Shown here: piece after piece, positions 44,321-54,389 of the stretch
How the letters are laid out: the number at the start of each line of letters is the position of its first letter
Numbering within the stretch: position 1 is the first letter of the stretch
IMG/VR virus record: IMGVR_UViG_2974602345_000001
Span: 77,332-141,331 of that record
Strand: one strand, 5' to 3'
Source: a virus
Taxonomy: Duplodnaviria > Heunggongvirae > Uroviricota > Caudoviricetes
DNA length: 64,000 nucleotides
Position numbers and translations under genes: made by a program
The notes under the pieces: generated by a model
Database searches by the model: none
What the model saw: the letters and a program-made list of their open reading frames with translations, nothing else
Told to the model about the DNA's origin: nothing

Positions 44321-45900
44321 TTCCCGTTCTTGATAGTGATGATGGTGCGCTTGCTGTTCTTGTAGGTCACGATGTGGCTGTGTGACCAGGAAGATGCACC
44401 CTTGTTGTATCCCATGTCGAGCGATGCACTGACACCAGCCTGGTACACGCCGTCCTTGATGGTTGCGCTGTGCGAATGGCCGATGTTGAAGCGCGTACCC
44501 AGCATCTGATAAGCCTGTACAGACCCACGGGCACCGTTGTTACCCAGATGCCCGTGACTGCCACACTCAATGCCGTTTGGTCCACAGATCATGAAGCTCT
44601 CATCAGTGGCCAGGAACCGGACATTTGAGTGAGCACTGTCGTGCTTCGTCAGCGCATACTTGAAGACACTGAAGCCCTTCTCTTTGTTGGCGATAGCTTG
44701 ATAGGTCTTCAACTGACAGTCGAGGAAGAACAGCGCGTTGGCAGGGTCGTTGCGATAGTCAGCAGTTCGCAGCCAGCGTTGCAATGCGAGGTCATGGTTC
44801 GACTCAACCACCACAGTCTGGCAGAAGTCACGATCCATCAGCTTGAGCACGTTTGACACCATGCCGATGTCTGCTTCCACCCAGTCGTTACCATGAACGT
44901 ACTGTTCGAACTTGAAGTAAGGGTCGTTGATGTTGTGGTGGTTACGTGCAGTCATGTCGAGGACATCATGCACCAGCTGGAATCGCGGGCGCAGAGTGTC
45001 AATCATGCTGTGTTCGTTCCTGCCGAAGCTGGCCGCGAAGACCTTCTGGTCATACTTCTCAGCATGAATGTCGCCCCAGTTGATAGCCTCAACGTTTTGG
45101 TACTGGACCACGCCGTACGGTGTGTACAGGGTGTCGAGATCGTAGAACTCACCACTCTCCGTCTCACCAATCAGCTGTCGAACAAACCAGTCACCATCCT
45201 TGTCGATCTCTACCAACAGAGCGCCAAAGATGTGGTGGAAGGATGCCTTCTGCCCTGACTTCTTCTGGATGTAGTTGCGCTGAGTGACTGCGCCTGTGGT
45301 GTACAGCATCCGGCAGGGTTCGTTCTTGGCAGTCGGCAACGACTCCAGCTGCACCTTGGCATGAGGGATGATGCCTGAGCTGCTTTTGGTGTAGGAGTGG
45401 AAGCCACTCAGAGGATTCACTGCGGTGGGCAGGATGTTCAGCTCACCACACCAGATGAGGTCTTTTGCCAGCTGGACTGGCTCGTCCATGATGTACGGCT
45501 TGATGCGTTCATCAAACCAGTCACCATCAGACTTTTCAAGGTTCTGGAAGCCGCTGCGGTTGTAGCTGAAGGTGCCAACAATGATAGTAGCATCCAGGTG
45601 TGCCGCCATAGTTTCAAGTGACTCCAGGAACTTCTCGTGCACGAACGTCGAGTTCTGGGCTGAGGTCAGAATGAAGCGGTTGCCTGGTAACTGCTTTATC
45701 TTGTGGTAGTGGTCGTGCAAGCTACCAGAAGCCACAGGCTTCTCATAGTTCTCCCACCACTTGGTGTACGTCGTCCGAGCGAGAAACTTTGATACTGTGG
45801 ATGGTGCTACGCCGAGCGTATCAGCAATGTCGCTCTGCGAAGTGCCATGGTCAGCCATCCGCAGGATCTCGAGTTTCATGTTGTCATCTAAGACTGCCAT
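44308..45900 (-). CDS. N-terminal HTH fused to a calcineurin-like metallophosphoesterase (530 aa)
   Basis: The N-terminal EILRMADHGTSQSDIADTLGVAPSTVSKFL is a sigma-70 region-4 / transposase-type HTH. The C-terminal half carries GDIH, (V)ESNHD, GSHGHLGN and GHSHS motifs in the phosphoesterase order. Confidence 0.5.
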   Translation of the reverse strand: MAVLDDNMKLEILRMADHGTSQSDIADTLGVAPSTVSKFLARTTYTKWWENYEKPVASGSLHDHYHKIKQLPGNRFILTSAQNSTFVHEKFLESLETMAAHLDATIIVGTFSYNRSGFQNLEKSDGDWFDERIKPYIMDEPVQLAKDLIWCGELNILPTAVNPLSGFHSYTKSSSGIIPHAKVQLESLPTAKNEPCRMLYTTGAVTQRNYIQKKSGQKASFHHIFGALLVEIDKDGDWFVRQLIGETESGEFYDLDTLYTPYGVVQYQNVEAINWGDIHAEKYDQKVFAASFGRNEHSMIDTLRPRFQLVHDVLDMTARNHHNINDPYFKFEQYVHGNDWVEADIGMVSNVLKLMDRDFCQTVVVESNHDLALQRWLRTADYRNDPANALFFLDCQLKTYQAIANKEKGFSVFKYALTKHDSAHSNVRFLATDESFMICGPNGIECGSHGHLGNNGARGSVQAYQMLGTRFNIGHSHSATIKDGVYQAGVSASLDMGYNKGASSWSHSHIVTYKNSKRTIITIKNGKWRA

Positions 45901-45937
45901 TGAACACCTTTCATATGTTGTCTCTGTGTGGTTTTAG

Positions 45938-46975
45938 TTATAGCCGTTTCCACTGCATGAACTTCATCTTTGCAGTGAGGCCCTTGAACGTTGACTGCTT
46001 GATCACGGACATAAGCTGAGCACGAGTGATGCCCATCTTCACCATGTCGTTGATGTCAATCTTCTTGGATGGGCTGAATGGCCAAATGACCAATGACCGA
46101 CCCTCTTCAATCGCCTGCTCCATGTACTTGCAGACATCCTTGTTCCGGCACTGGTTGTCGAAGATCAACACATCAGCGTCAGAACGGATAAGGTTGGCGT
46201 CACAGGTCGCGATGCAGTTGTCGACGAACATCGAGTCAATTGGACCTTCTACGCAGTAGGTAGTCTTTGACCTGTCGAGCCAGTAGCGCCCATACACCTT
46301 CACGACGTCGTCGTGAGCCTTGATCGTGATGTACTTCATCTTTGACTCAACTAGCGCACGCCCCTGGAACACTTCAACAGTACCTTCAGGCGTCGTGAAT
46401 GGAATCAGGATGCGCGGTTCATCGTCAACGAGCTTCTTGGCCGACTCCTGGTTCATGGCCAGGGCGATAGCTTTGAAGTCGTCCGTGAAGTACACACGGT
46501 CAAGCTCTGTCTGAGTGAACGCCCGTTTCTTGAGGAACTGCACGGCAGGGTGGTTGTCTGGCAGTGCGCTCATAGGCACAGACAGCTCACCAAATTCCTC
46601 CATCGTCAAACCACTTGTCGTGGCGATCTCAGTGGGCTCAGCTTCAACCAAGGTGTTGGCTGGCGTATCGCCGTAGCCACGCTGAGTGAACGTGTCAAAC
46701 AGGGTCTCGCGCTTGTATTCTTCGAACTGTGTCGGATGCTGCTCTCGCATGAAGTTGTAGAACGACTTCGAGTATCCGCAGTTGTGACACATCACATTGA
46801 GGCTCTGCTTCCTCACGTAGAAAAAGAAGCGCGTCTTCTTGGTATCCTTCTTGCTGTCACCACACACAGGGCAACGGCAGCAGAATGTGTTGGTCTTCAC
46901 CTTCTTGAAGCGCTGAAGACCAATGGAGATCTTGTTCATCCATTGCAGATCAATATGCAGTTTTGGGTGAATCAT
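45938..46975 (-). CDS. 61: DNA primase gp61
   Basis: An N-terminal zinc ribbon (CRCPVCGDSKKDTKK...CHNCG) is followed by a Toprim core, as in T4 gp61. Confidence 0.8.
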   Translation of the reverse strand: MIHPKLHIDLQWMNKISIGLQRFKKVKTNTFCCRCPVCGDSKKDTKKTRFFFYVRKQSLNVMCHNCGYSKSFYNFMREQHPTQFEEYKRETLFDTFTQRGYGDTPANTLVEAEPTEIATTSGLTMEEFGELSVPMSALPDNHPAVQFLKKRAFTQTELDRVYFTDDFKAIALAMNQESAKKLVDDEPRILIPFTTPEGTVEVFQGRALVESKMKYITIKAHDDVVKVYGRYWLDRSKTTYCVEGPIDSMFVDNCIATCDANLIRSDADVLIFDNQCRNKDVCKYMEQAIEEGRSLVIWPFSPSKKIDINDMVKMGITRAQLMSVIKQSTFKGLTAKMKFMQWKRL

Positions 46976-47080
46976 AGCCTAACCATCTGTCAAAAGGTCA
47001 TAAATAATAGAGCTAACACACATAATAACTATTCCGTTGGTTGCAGTAGACACACGAAACCCAACACAGGAACAACAACC

Positions 47081-47536
47081 ATGACCGAAGCCCTTGAACT
47101 ATGGCAGCTAATCACTGTCCTGGTAGGTGTCTGCACAGCCGTCCTTGGCCCTGCAGTGTGGTTTTTCAAACACAACACCACCCGAATCGAAAGTGAGAAC
47201 GAGAAGTTCATCACCAAATTCGAAAACTCAAGCACTGAATCGTTCAAAAGTATCAAGGAAGACCTTAAGGACTTTCGTAGGCACTTTGACCACAAAATCA
47301 GTGAAGTGTACATTGCAGTCGACTCCAAGAACCGCGAACTGAAAGAGTTCGTGTCGAAAGAGCTAGACTTCATCAAAGAGCACATCAAGCAGGTCGAGGG
47401 TCGTGTACACGACTATCGCGAGCAAAGTCACGAGATCGAGAAGAAACTCCTGAAACTGGAGTCCCTTCTGAGCAAGGACTACATCACTCGTGAGGACCTG
47501 TATGAATACCTCAAGATGAGAAACCCGACAGCTTAA
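47081..47536 (+). CDS. Membrane-anchored coiled-coil protein (151 aa). Lone plus-strand gene with a late-promoter-like ATAAATA upstream. Possible i-spanin or holin-like lysis protein.
   Basis: One N-terminal TM (LITVLVGVCTAVLGPAVWFF), then heptad-rich sequence. The topology resembles Rz-type spanins or a T-type holin. Confidence 0.45.
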   Translation: MTEALELWQLITVLVGVCTAVLGPAVWFFKHNTTRIESENEKFITKFENSSTESFKSIKEDLKDFRRHFDHKISEVYIAVDSKNRELKEFVSKELDFIKEHIKQVEGRVHDYREQSHEIEKKLLKLESLLSKDYITREDLYEYLKMRNPTA

Positions 47537-48891
47537 AGGCTGTCGAGGTCCGCTGCATACAACTCTTCGACGCTCGCATTCGTGAGCGTCGCAATTTCAT
47601 CGACAAGCTCTTTCACGCTTGCCTCTGCTTCCTTCACCCGCTCCATTGTCAACGAGCTGATCTGCATCGAAAGCAGACGATCAAGGTACTCCAGCGACAC
47701 CACACCGCTGAACTCAGCTTCAAGGTCAGCACGCGACTTCTTGTGCGGGTCCTTCAGCTGCGTGTTCCAGTAGGTAATGAACGCGATCTTCGCCTGGTTC
47801 CACAGCAGGTCCTCATTCAGGGTTTGCAGTAACTTGACCTTGCGCTCCCCGTACATGGTCTTCCTGAAGTCGATGAACGCCAGCAGCGCCGCGTATGCGT
47901 TGTCAAAGCGCTGGAGTTGGGCGGCTGTGTTCCACAGGGTAACGTTTTCCCCCACACGAGCAACCAACTTGAACAGGGTCTTGAGGTCAGCTTCAGTGCG
48001 CTTGGCAACCTCGCGAGGAACGGAGATAATGAACTCGAAGCCTTCCTCAGTCGAGTTGTTATCAAAGTCCTTGACCTTGCCTTCGTCCATCAGCTTGATC
48101 AGGATAGCCTTGAACTTGTCAACGCTGTACATCACAGGCAGCTCAGTTACCTTGAGCGTGACGGAGTTGATCTTCTCAATCTTGCCGTGGAGCTCCCACT
48201 GAGTATCTGACTCACCTTTGACAACAGTACCCTTCCAGCTTCCGAAGTAGGGGGCCATTGCTGCATCGATAGTGCGCTGCTGTACAGCCACACCCTGGAC
48301 CAGCTTCTTGATGAGCTGAGAGACCAGCTTGGGATCACGCGGCAGGATCTTCGAACTATGGCCTGTACCGATACCCTCAGCGCCGTTTACCAGCCACAGC
48401 GGGACGATAGGAAAGTAGTTCAAAGGCTCCATAGCCTGGCCTTCCTCCATTCGCGACTCAAGAATCAAGTCATCATGCTTGTGGAGGTATTTGCGCAGGA
48501 ACGGGCTTGGCTTGGTGTAGATGTACCGGTGTGCCGATGCCTCAGGACTGAGGATTGACCCGAACTGGCCGATGGGCGTGAACAGGTTGACATTGTTGGC
48601 TCCAGGGAACGCCTGTGCTAAGCCAACGATAGTACCGCACAGCGATTCCTCACCATGCTGGTAGGCAGTCACTTTAGCGCAGTGCGAACCCAGCTGAGCG
48701 ACTTTGATCTCGCTGGTACCATGAACCATCATGCCGTAGACGGCTTTGCGTTGCGAGTCCTTCAGGCCATCAACGATCGACGGGATGCTTCGAACGTTGT
48801 CTGCGTTCGAGAAGATCTTCAGGTCGTTGTTGATGAAGTCCTTGAGGCGGTATTGTTTGTGGTTGTACTGCATTAGGCCTCCTGAAGCCAC
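47533..48891 (-). CDS. 52: DNA topoisomerase II medium subunit gp52 (GyrA-like)
   Basis: The DGLKDSQRKAVY motif (compare GLKPSQRK) and the active-site tyrosine region are present. Confidence 0.8.
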   Translation of the reverse strand: MASGGLMQYNHKQYRLKDFINNDLKIFSNADNVRSIPSIVDGLKDSQRKAVYGMMVHGTSEIKVAQLGSHCAKVTAYQHGEESLCGTIVGLAQAFPGANNVNLFTPIGQFGSILSPEASAHRYIYTKPSPFLRKYLHKHDDLILESRMEEGQAMEPLNYFPIVPLWLVNGAEGIGTGHSSKILPRDPKLVSQLIKKLVQGVAVQQRTIDAAMAPYFGSWKGTVVKGESDTQWELHGKIEKINSVTLKVTELPVMYSVDKFKAILIKLMDEGKVKDFDNNSTEEGFEFIISVPREVAKRTEADLKTLFKLVARVGENVTLWNTAAQLQRFDNAYAALLAFIDFRKTMYGERKVKLLQTLNEDLLWNQAKIAFITYWNTQLKDPHKKSRADLEAEFSGVVSLEYLDRLLSMQISSLTMERVKEAEASVKELVDEIATLTNASVEELYAADLDSL

Positions 48892-50726
48892 AGTTTGCGC
48901 TGGTCAGCCATCTTCTTGTCGAACGCGACGTCAAGTGCTGCAACATCGTCGGCGTCTTCGATAGTGATCTGGACCAGGTACTTATCTTCATCAGCGAGGA
49001 AGCGTTTGAAGTCCTTGGTGTCATAGCCACCCAAGCCCTTGTAGAACTTGTGTTTGTGCTTCGGGTTGGCTTCCGCCCAGGCAGTATAGTCCTTGAAGTT
49101 GAAGAACTCAAAGGTTTTGTTGCCGGCGGTAGCGATGATCAACGGAGTGTTCATCCGGTAGATCGCACCGAGGGCGAACAGCTCAGGCCAGAACTGGTGG
49201 ATCATGTTGAAGAACAAACCGGCAATGTGGCTACCGTCAGCATCAGCGTCAGTCAGCTGCACGATCTTTCCGAAACGCAGGTCATCCAACGACTCAACCT
49301 TGACACCAATCTTCAAGCCAATGATGGCCATTATGTTCTGGAACTCTTCGCTGCTGGCGAGCTTCTTGACGTCGATGTCTCGGACGTTCAACAGCTTACC
49401 GCGCATCGGGAAGGCACCATGCAAGACAGCGTTGCGTGCTGACATGATAGTGTTCTTGGCCGAGTCACCCTCTGTGAAGAACACGGAGCAGAGCTTACGG
49501 TCCTTTGAGGTTGCGTCGTCGAACTTGGTGATGCGCTTGAGGAAGTTGGTGGTCTGTGTAGTCTTGTTCAGGTTGCGGAGCTCAGCCAGTTCAGCGCGAC
49601 GCTTCTCGCCCTCAACCCAGTCGAGTACCTTCTGTACCACATCAGACTCAAGCACCTTCTTGATGAACTTGTCTGACGGCGAGTAGGAGGCACCGTAGTT
49701 GCGAACCTCAGTGCTCAAGAACTCCTTGGTCTGTGAAGTGAACATCGGTGCGTTGATAGTGCATTTGATGAACAGGAACATCTGTTGCTTAATGATGTTC
49801 GGCTTGACGTCTACTTTGTGCTTCTTCTTGATGAACTCACGCACCTTAGCAGCTACCTGGTCAGCCACGTAGGTGATGTGAGTACCGCCGTTGAATGTAT
49901 CAACACCGTTCACAAACGACACTTGGCGGAACTCAGACTCAGGACAGGCAGCGAGAGCAACCTCAAACTTGTCCTGCGTATCAACCACGAACGAGTCGCT
50001 GAACATTGCAACATAGTCGTCAAACTTGTTCAACTTCAGCGTGGTGCCGTTGAAGTGGACCTTGATCTTCGGGTTGCAACCTGCGATGTCGTACACACGG
50101 CGCTCGATCTTGGCGATGGTGCCTTCGTCCATCTCACAGTTCAAGCGACTGTAATCTGGGATGAACGAGATCTTGGTGCCCTTGCGATCATATGGGCGAA
50201 TGACAGGCTCGCCTCGCTTTGACAGGTTGTCTTTGAACACTTGAATGAACTGGTTGGTACCATCGCATGTCTCAACCCTGAACTCGCTTGAGAACACGCT
50301 CGTCAGCTTGCTACCCAGGCCATTCAGACCAGCTGTGGTGCGTTCTTCGTCGCCAAAGTTCGATCCAGTGCGGAACTCACTGAAGATCATCTCTGGAATA
50401 TAGATTCCATACTCAGGATGCAGCTTGACCGGGATACCACCATCGTCTTCAATGATGATTTCACCAGCCATTGGATGGATGTCTACCCAGATGTTCTTGA
50501 CGCTACCTGAGCGGATGTGTTCATCAACGGAGTTGGAGATGATCTCATCAAACAGCTTAAGCAATGCTGGCGTGTATGTCACTTCACGCTCAACCATCTT
50601 TCCGTTAGACACAGCCCAGGAGGTTTGCGTGGTAGGGGCAGTACTCCCCACCCACATCCCAGGCCTGGCGAGGACATGTTCAACCTCGCTTAGTCGCTTG
50701 TACTGAGACAAGTCAAAATCAGTCAT
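48873..50726 (-). CDS. 39: DNA topoisomerase II large subunit gp39, with gp60 fused (GyrB-like ATPase plus Toprim)
   Basis: A GHKL ATPase N-terminus is followed by Toprim (EGDSA) and gp60-like motifs in one 617-aa frame. Confidence 0.8.
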   Translation of the reverse strand: MTDFDLSQYKRLSEVEHVLARPGMWVGSTAPTTQTSWAVSNGKMVEREVTYTPALLKLFDEIISNSVDEHIRSGSVKNIWVDIHPMAGEIIIEDDGGIPVKLHPEYGIYIPEMIFSEFRTGSNFGDEERTTAGLNGLGSKLTSVFSSEFRVETCDGTNQFIQVFKDNLSKRGEPVIRPYDRKGTKISFIPDYSRLNCEMDEGTIAKIERRVYDIAGCNPKIKVHFNGTTLKLNKFDDYVAMFSDSFVVDTQDKFEVALAACPESEFRQVSFVNGVDTFNGGTHITYVADQVAAKVREFIKKKHKVDVKPNIIKQQMFLFIKCTINAPMFTSQTKEFLSTEVRNYGASYSPSDKFIKKVLESDVVQKVLDWVEGEKRRAELAELRNLNKTTQTTNFLKRITKFDDATSKDRKLCSVFFTEGDSAKNTIMSARNAVLHGAFPMRGKLLNVRDIDVKKLASSEEFQNIMAIIGLKIGVKVESLDDLRFGKIVQLTDADADGSHIAGLFFNMIHQFWPELFALGAIYRMNTPLIIATAGNKTFEFFNFKDYTAWAEANPKHKHKFYKGLGGYDTKDFKRFLADEDKYLVQITIEDADDVAALDVAFDKKMADQRKLWLQEA

Positions 50727-50761
50727 GGTACAGCCTTTCTAGTGGTTTCTTGAGGGCTTAC

Positions 50762-50956
50762 TTAGCGATTGATTACCACGAAGCCTTTCTTCTTGTTCTT
50801 GCGAGAGAACGGGAAGAAGTTGTTGGTGATGGTACCAACCTGCTGAGTGTTATGGAACTTGCAACCCAACGACTCCTTGCGCCACATGCCCAGTTCAGGC
50901 ATAGCGCTCGACCATACGGCGCCAGTGGAAGGTTTGGTGATGTAAACTCGTGCCAT
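50762..50956 (-). CDS. Small hypothetical protein (64 aa)
   Basis: ORF with an AGGA ribosome-binding site. Confidence 0.3.
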   Translation of the reverse strand: MARVYITKPSTGAVWSSAMPELGMWRKESLGCKFHNTQQVGTITNNFFPFSRKNKKKGFVVINR

Positions 50957-51002
50957 GATGTATGTCCTACTCAGTTGTTGAATGGTCCTTTATTGTAACA
51001 CA

Positions 51003-51034
51003 AAAACAAGGGGCGAATCAACGCCCCTTGTTCA
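51003..51034 (-). terminator. Intrinsic terminator (ACAAGGGGCG-AATCAA-CGCCCCTTGT followed by TTTTGTGTT on the minus strand)
   Basis: A 10-bp stem plus U-run, downstream of the vWA gene. Confidence 0.55.
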
Positions 51035-51048
51035 TTACCGATGAGTGC

Positions 51049-53082
51049 TTAGATCTTCACAGACTTCCGCACTTTGGAGATGGTCATCGGAGCAGACTGA
51101 CCACTCACCGTCACGTCAACGGTGATGTCGTCGTCCTCACCAAACCACTGACGACCCAGGACCAGGGTGTAGACGTCGTTGGCGAAGGCTGCTTCCAAGA
51201 TACGCTTCTCTTTGGTGAAGATGTCTTTGGCACTTTCCAGGGCCTTGACATCCATGGCGCCACAGACATCCAGCGCAGCCTTGATCAGGCTCTCAGCGAA
51301 GTTCAGTTTCTTGCCAGAGGCTTCCTTGTCGCGTACGGCCTTGATGGCAGGCAGACTGGACAGACCCTTGATCTTGTACAGAACCTGGATGGATTCGTAC
51401 TCATCAGTGGCTTCAACGGAGGTAGTGCCAACAGCCGAGTAGCCGTAGTCACGAACGCCGATGCTCGACAGCCACTTGGCAGCGTCCTCACCATACTGGT
51501 TCACCAAACCAGCGATCTTGGCGGTAGTACCACCTTTCTCTTCCAGGAGGAACTTGACAACCTTCAGGCGAGCTTTCAGCGACTCGATACGCTCAGCGCG
51601 GGCCACGAAGGTAGCCTGATCGACGGTCTCAACCATGTTGCGGTTGATGACCGGGGTCTTGGACAGGTCGAACACCCAGTAGCACTGGCCACCATTCTCT
51701 TCGATGACTTCGTGCTTGAACTGGCGCAGCTGGTCAGCGTCGGTAGCCTTGAAGGTAACCGGCAGCTTGTTCATGTTGCGGATACCGTCCTTGATAACGG
51801 TGTAGTTCCGGGTGATGAACGATGGCACCTTGTCGAGTTTGAACTCGTTCTCAGGCAGCAGAACGGTACCGCCCAGGGTGGTCTGGATGCTGACGTTCGG
51901 GCGCTCGGAGTTGAACACCAGGCCTTTCAGCGACACGCGAGACAGCGGCGACTGCACGAAGCGCGGCAGTTCAGCTTGAGCTTCGCTGGCACGACCGATG
52001 CGGTTGTAGGACCAGAACGGCGAGTCAGTGACGACGTTGGCGTCTTCACATTCAGCCAGGGTCTTGAGCAGGTCGATCACAGTCGGCGCGTTCTTGTTTG
52101 GAACGGCGTTCAGGTCCTTGCCATCAACATAGCGGGCGTCGACGTTGAACACGGCGTTCTGCACCGACTCTTCGAACTTCGACAGTTCCTGCTTGGTGAA
52201 GGCGTTCTGGTACTGTTCAACCAGGGCCACATCACCCAGCGCGGTCAGGCACTTCCATACCAGCTCGCTGTTCGAGGTCTTGGCGGCGTAGAACAGGATC
52301 AGGAACAGGTGTTCTTCACTCAGCTGCTTGGCTACCACGTCGCTCGGCACGATCGAGTGGACGCGCTCAACGTCTTCAGGAACGTGGACGACGCCGTCTT
52401 CTGCTTGGGCGATGCGGATCTGGCCGTTGTAGATGTACACAGCGTGCTTGGCGCGCTTGTTCACGTTGACAGCCACGTTCTGCACACGAGCAACGCCACG
52501 CACAGCGTCTTCGATCACAGCTTCGTAGTTGACGACGCCTTCAGCGAAGATGTGAACGCCGTTGACGGCATCAGCCATCTTGCTCAGCAGTTCACGGTCG
52601 GCGTAGAAGCCGTACTCGATGAAGGTAATGGACTGGTACATCTCCTGCAGCGCAGTGGCTTCGTTCAGGATGTCGTCACGGCGCGACTGGTTGTCGTAGC
52701 CGTCGGTCAGCATGATGAAGTTGTTGACCTTGGACTTGTCCAGGTTCAGCGTCAGCGCTTTGCGGATCGGATCCACGAAGCCGGTCAGGCCGATGGTCTT
52801 CAGGTAGCGGTCGATGGCATCGTGCATCATGGTCACAGTGGACACATCGGATACCAGGACGTTCTCGAACACCACACCGCACTGGCCTTTGCCACTGAAG
52901 TAGATCACAGAGAAGGTATCGTCAGGCTGTGCAACGACGCTGATGATGTTTTTCAGGTGCTGGCGGATCTGTGCCAGGGAACTGTACATCGAGCCCGACA
53001 CGTCTACCACATAGACGTGGTTGCAGGCAGCTTTGGTGGAGACAGTTTTGACGCCACCAACTTCAACGATTTCGAACGACAT
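51049..53082 (-). CDS. von Willebrand factor A (vWA) domain protein, CobT-like (677 aa)
   Basis: A MIDAS motif (VVDVSGSM) and later T and D residues are present. The size and architecture resemble phage CobT-like proteins. Confidence 0.6.
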   Translation of the reverse strand: MSFEIVEVGGVKTVSTKAACNHVYVVDVSGSMYSSLAQIRQHLKNIISVVAQPDDTFSVIYFSGKGQCGVVFENVLVSDVSTVTMMHDAIDRYLKTIGLTGFVDPIRKALTLNLDKSKVNNFIMLTDGYDNQSRRDDILNEATALQEMYQSITFIEYGFYADRELLSKMADAVNGVHIFAEGVVNYEAVIEDAVRGVARVQNVAVNVNKRAKHAVYIYNGQIRIAQAEDGVVHVPEDVERVHSIVPSDVVAKQLSEEHLFLILFYAAKTSNSELVWKCLTALGDVALVEQYQNAFTKQELSKFEESVQNAVFNVDARYVDGKDLNAVPNKNAPTVIDLLKTLAECEDANVVTDSPFWSYNRIGRASEAQAELPRFVQSPLSRVSLKGLVFNSERPNVSIQTTLGGTVLLPENEFKLDKVPSFITRNYTVIKDGIRNMNKLPVTFKATDADQLRQFKHEVIEENGGQCYWVFDLSKTPVINRNMVETVDQATFVARAERIESLKARLKVVKFLLEEKGGTTAKIAGLVNQYGEDAAKWLSSIGVRDYGYSAVGTTSVEATDEYESIQVLYKIKGLSSLPAIKAVRDKEASGKKLNFAESLIKAALDVCGAMDVKALESAKDIFTKEKRILEAAFANDVYTLVLGRQWFGEDDDITVDVTVSGQSAPMTISKVRKSVKI

Positions 53083-53116
53083 AGGTGTAGAGCCTCATTT
53101 CACTTTTGGGATGGAT

Positions 53117-53554
53117 TTAGTACTTCAGGTTGTCACCGAAGACATACGACGGAGTGTAGATAATGACACCAGATGGCGACACTACCTCAACGAGGTCGTT
53201 GACTGGGCGAGCATAGGTCACGTCGTGCACTTCACCTGGGTCGATGCGGAAGCAGACACCAGTTTCCATGTACTTGAGCATGATAAGTGGTACAGCGTGT
53301 GCAGCAGTCACAGCTTCGATAGAGGTGCAACCAGCACCCTGATCTACCGACTTCACTTCACGCACTTCGATCAAATGTTCTGACCGACCGTGAGGGAAAT
53401 TGAACTCGCGACGTTCAATGCCGCCACGAGTTGTGATCTGATCGCCGTTTGGTGCAGCCCTGACAGTGTTGGTGCCTATGGGCTTGGGCGGTTCGTAAGC
53501 CAGCGCTGGCTGTGTTGCCAGAGCGGCTAGTACAGCCAGAACTGAAAGTTTCAT
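53117..53554 (-). CDS. Secreted/periplasmic hypothetical protein (signal peptide, 145 aa)
   Basis: MKLSVLAVLAALATQPALA is a signal peptide with an AxA cleavage site. Confidence 0.45.
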   Translation of the reverse strand: MKLSVLAVLAALATQPALAYEPPKPIGTNTVRAAPNGDQITTRGGIERREFNFPHGRSEHLIEVREVKSVDQGAGCTSIEAVTAAHAVPLIMLKYMETGVCFRIDPGEVHDVTYARPVNDLVEVVSPSGVIIYTPSYVFGDNLKY

Positions 53555-53622
53555 TGCGGCATTCCGTTACAAGTTGGGGAGAGTTTAGTGTTATACAACT
53601 TCACATCCATGTAAACTGCTTA

Positions 53623-53880
53623 TCAACACAAACTCTTTACAGCTTCAAGTGCAGGGTTGATTAGTCGCGCTTCATGATCTTCATATACTCCTGTCAAACG
53701 AACGTCAGTGTACAGCAGAACACAAAACTGCAAACCGTCGTCCGTATAGTAGATGATTGGGTCACCCTTGTAACCGAAGTGCCCTCTGTAAGGATCGAAG
53801 CGATCGGTAGCCATAACGAACTTGTTCGCAAAGCTACCCATGCGCTCCGTTATGGCTGTATAGATCACTGTGCTTGGCAA
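53623..53880 (-). CDS. Hypothetical protein (85 aa)
   Basis: ORF. Confidence 0.35.
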   Translation of the reverse strand: MPSTVIYTAITERMGSFANKFVMATDRFDPYRGHFGYKGDPIIYYTDDGLQFCVLLYTDVRLTGVYEDHEARLINPALEAVKSLC

Positions 53881-54389
53881 CCTGGCTGGTGGTCTTGATT
53901 GATGTACTCAACCTTGTGCGACTGCACCACCAAGCGGTTGTTGACGCGCTGGATCTTCACCTTCTTGACCGACTTGATCAGTTCGTCAGCGCGATTGTGC
54001 CAGCGAACAGCTTTGGCGAACGACATGGCGCAGCCGCCCTCTTTGCGGAAGAACACTGAGCTGTCACTGTATACGATGAAGTAACCCTTGTCCTTCATGA
54101 ACGCACACAGCGATTCCAGTTGATCTTCACGAGTGCTGGTAACAACTGCACCATCATCAAACGTCAAACCGCGACGCTTACCCAGCAGGTATCGCGTGTT
54201 TTTGGTTTCAACGATGTTACCTTCAACCAGGTATTGGTATGGCTTGATGGTCGAGGTTCTCACCACTTCGCCATCATTGAAGCGCTTGGTTTCATCCTGG
54301 AAGATAACTCCCAGGATGCCGTTGGTGGAAGGAATTACAGACCACTCCTCCAACACGGCGTGGTATTGATGTTTGTTAGTTGCAGTCAT
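53865..54389 (-). CDS. Hypothetical protein (174 aa)
   Basis: ORF. Confidence 0.4.
   Translation of the reverse strand: MTATNKHQYHAVLEEWSVIPSTNGILGVIFQDETKRFNDGEVVRTSTIKPYQYLVEGNIVETKNTRYLLGKRRGLTFDDGAVVTSTREDQLESLCAFMKDKGYFIVYSDSSVFFRKEGGCAMSFAKAVRWHNRADELIKSVKKVKIQRVNNRLVVQSHKVEYINQDHQPGCQAQ

Noticed and set aside
47127-47342. An embedded +1-frame ORF inside the membrane coiled-coil gene, considered as an o-spanin (Rz1-like)
   Set aside because: It has no hydrophobic signal sequence and no acceptable lipobox (Q at position -1). It is most likely spurious.
50962-53163. A 733-aa plus-strand ORF
   Set aside because: Antisense to the vWA gene. The translation is low-complexity and rich in V/G/D/H/L.
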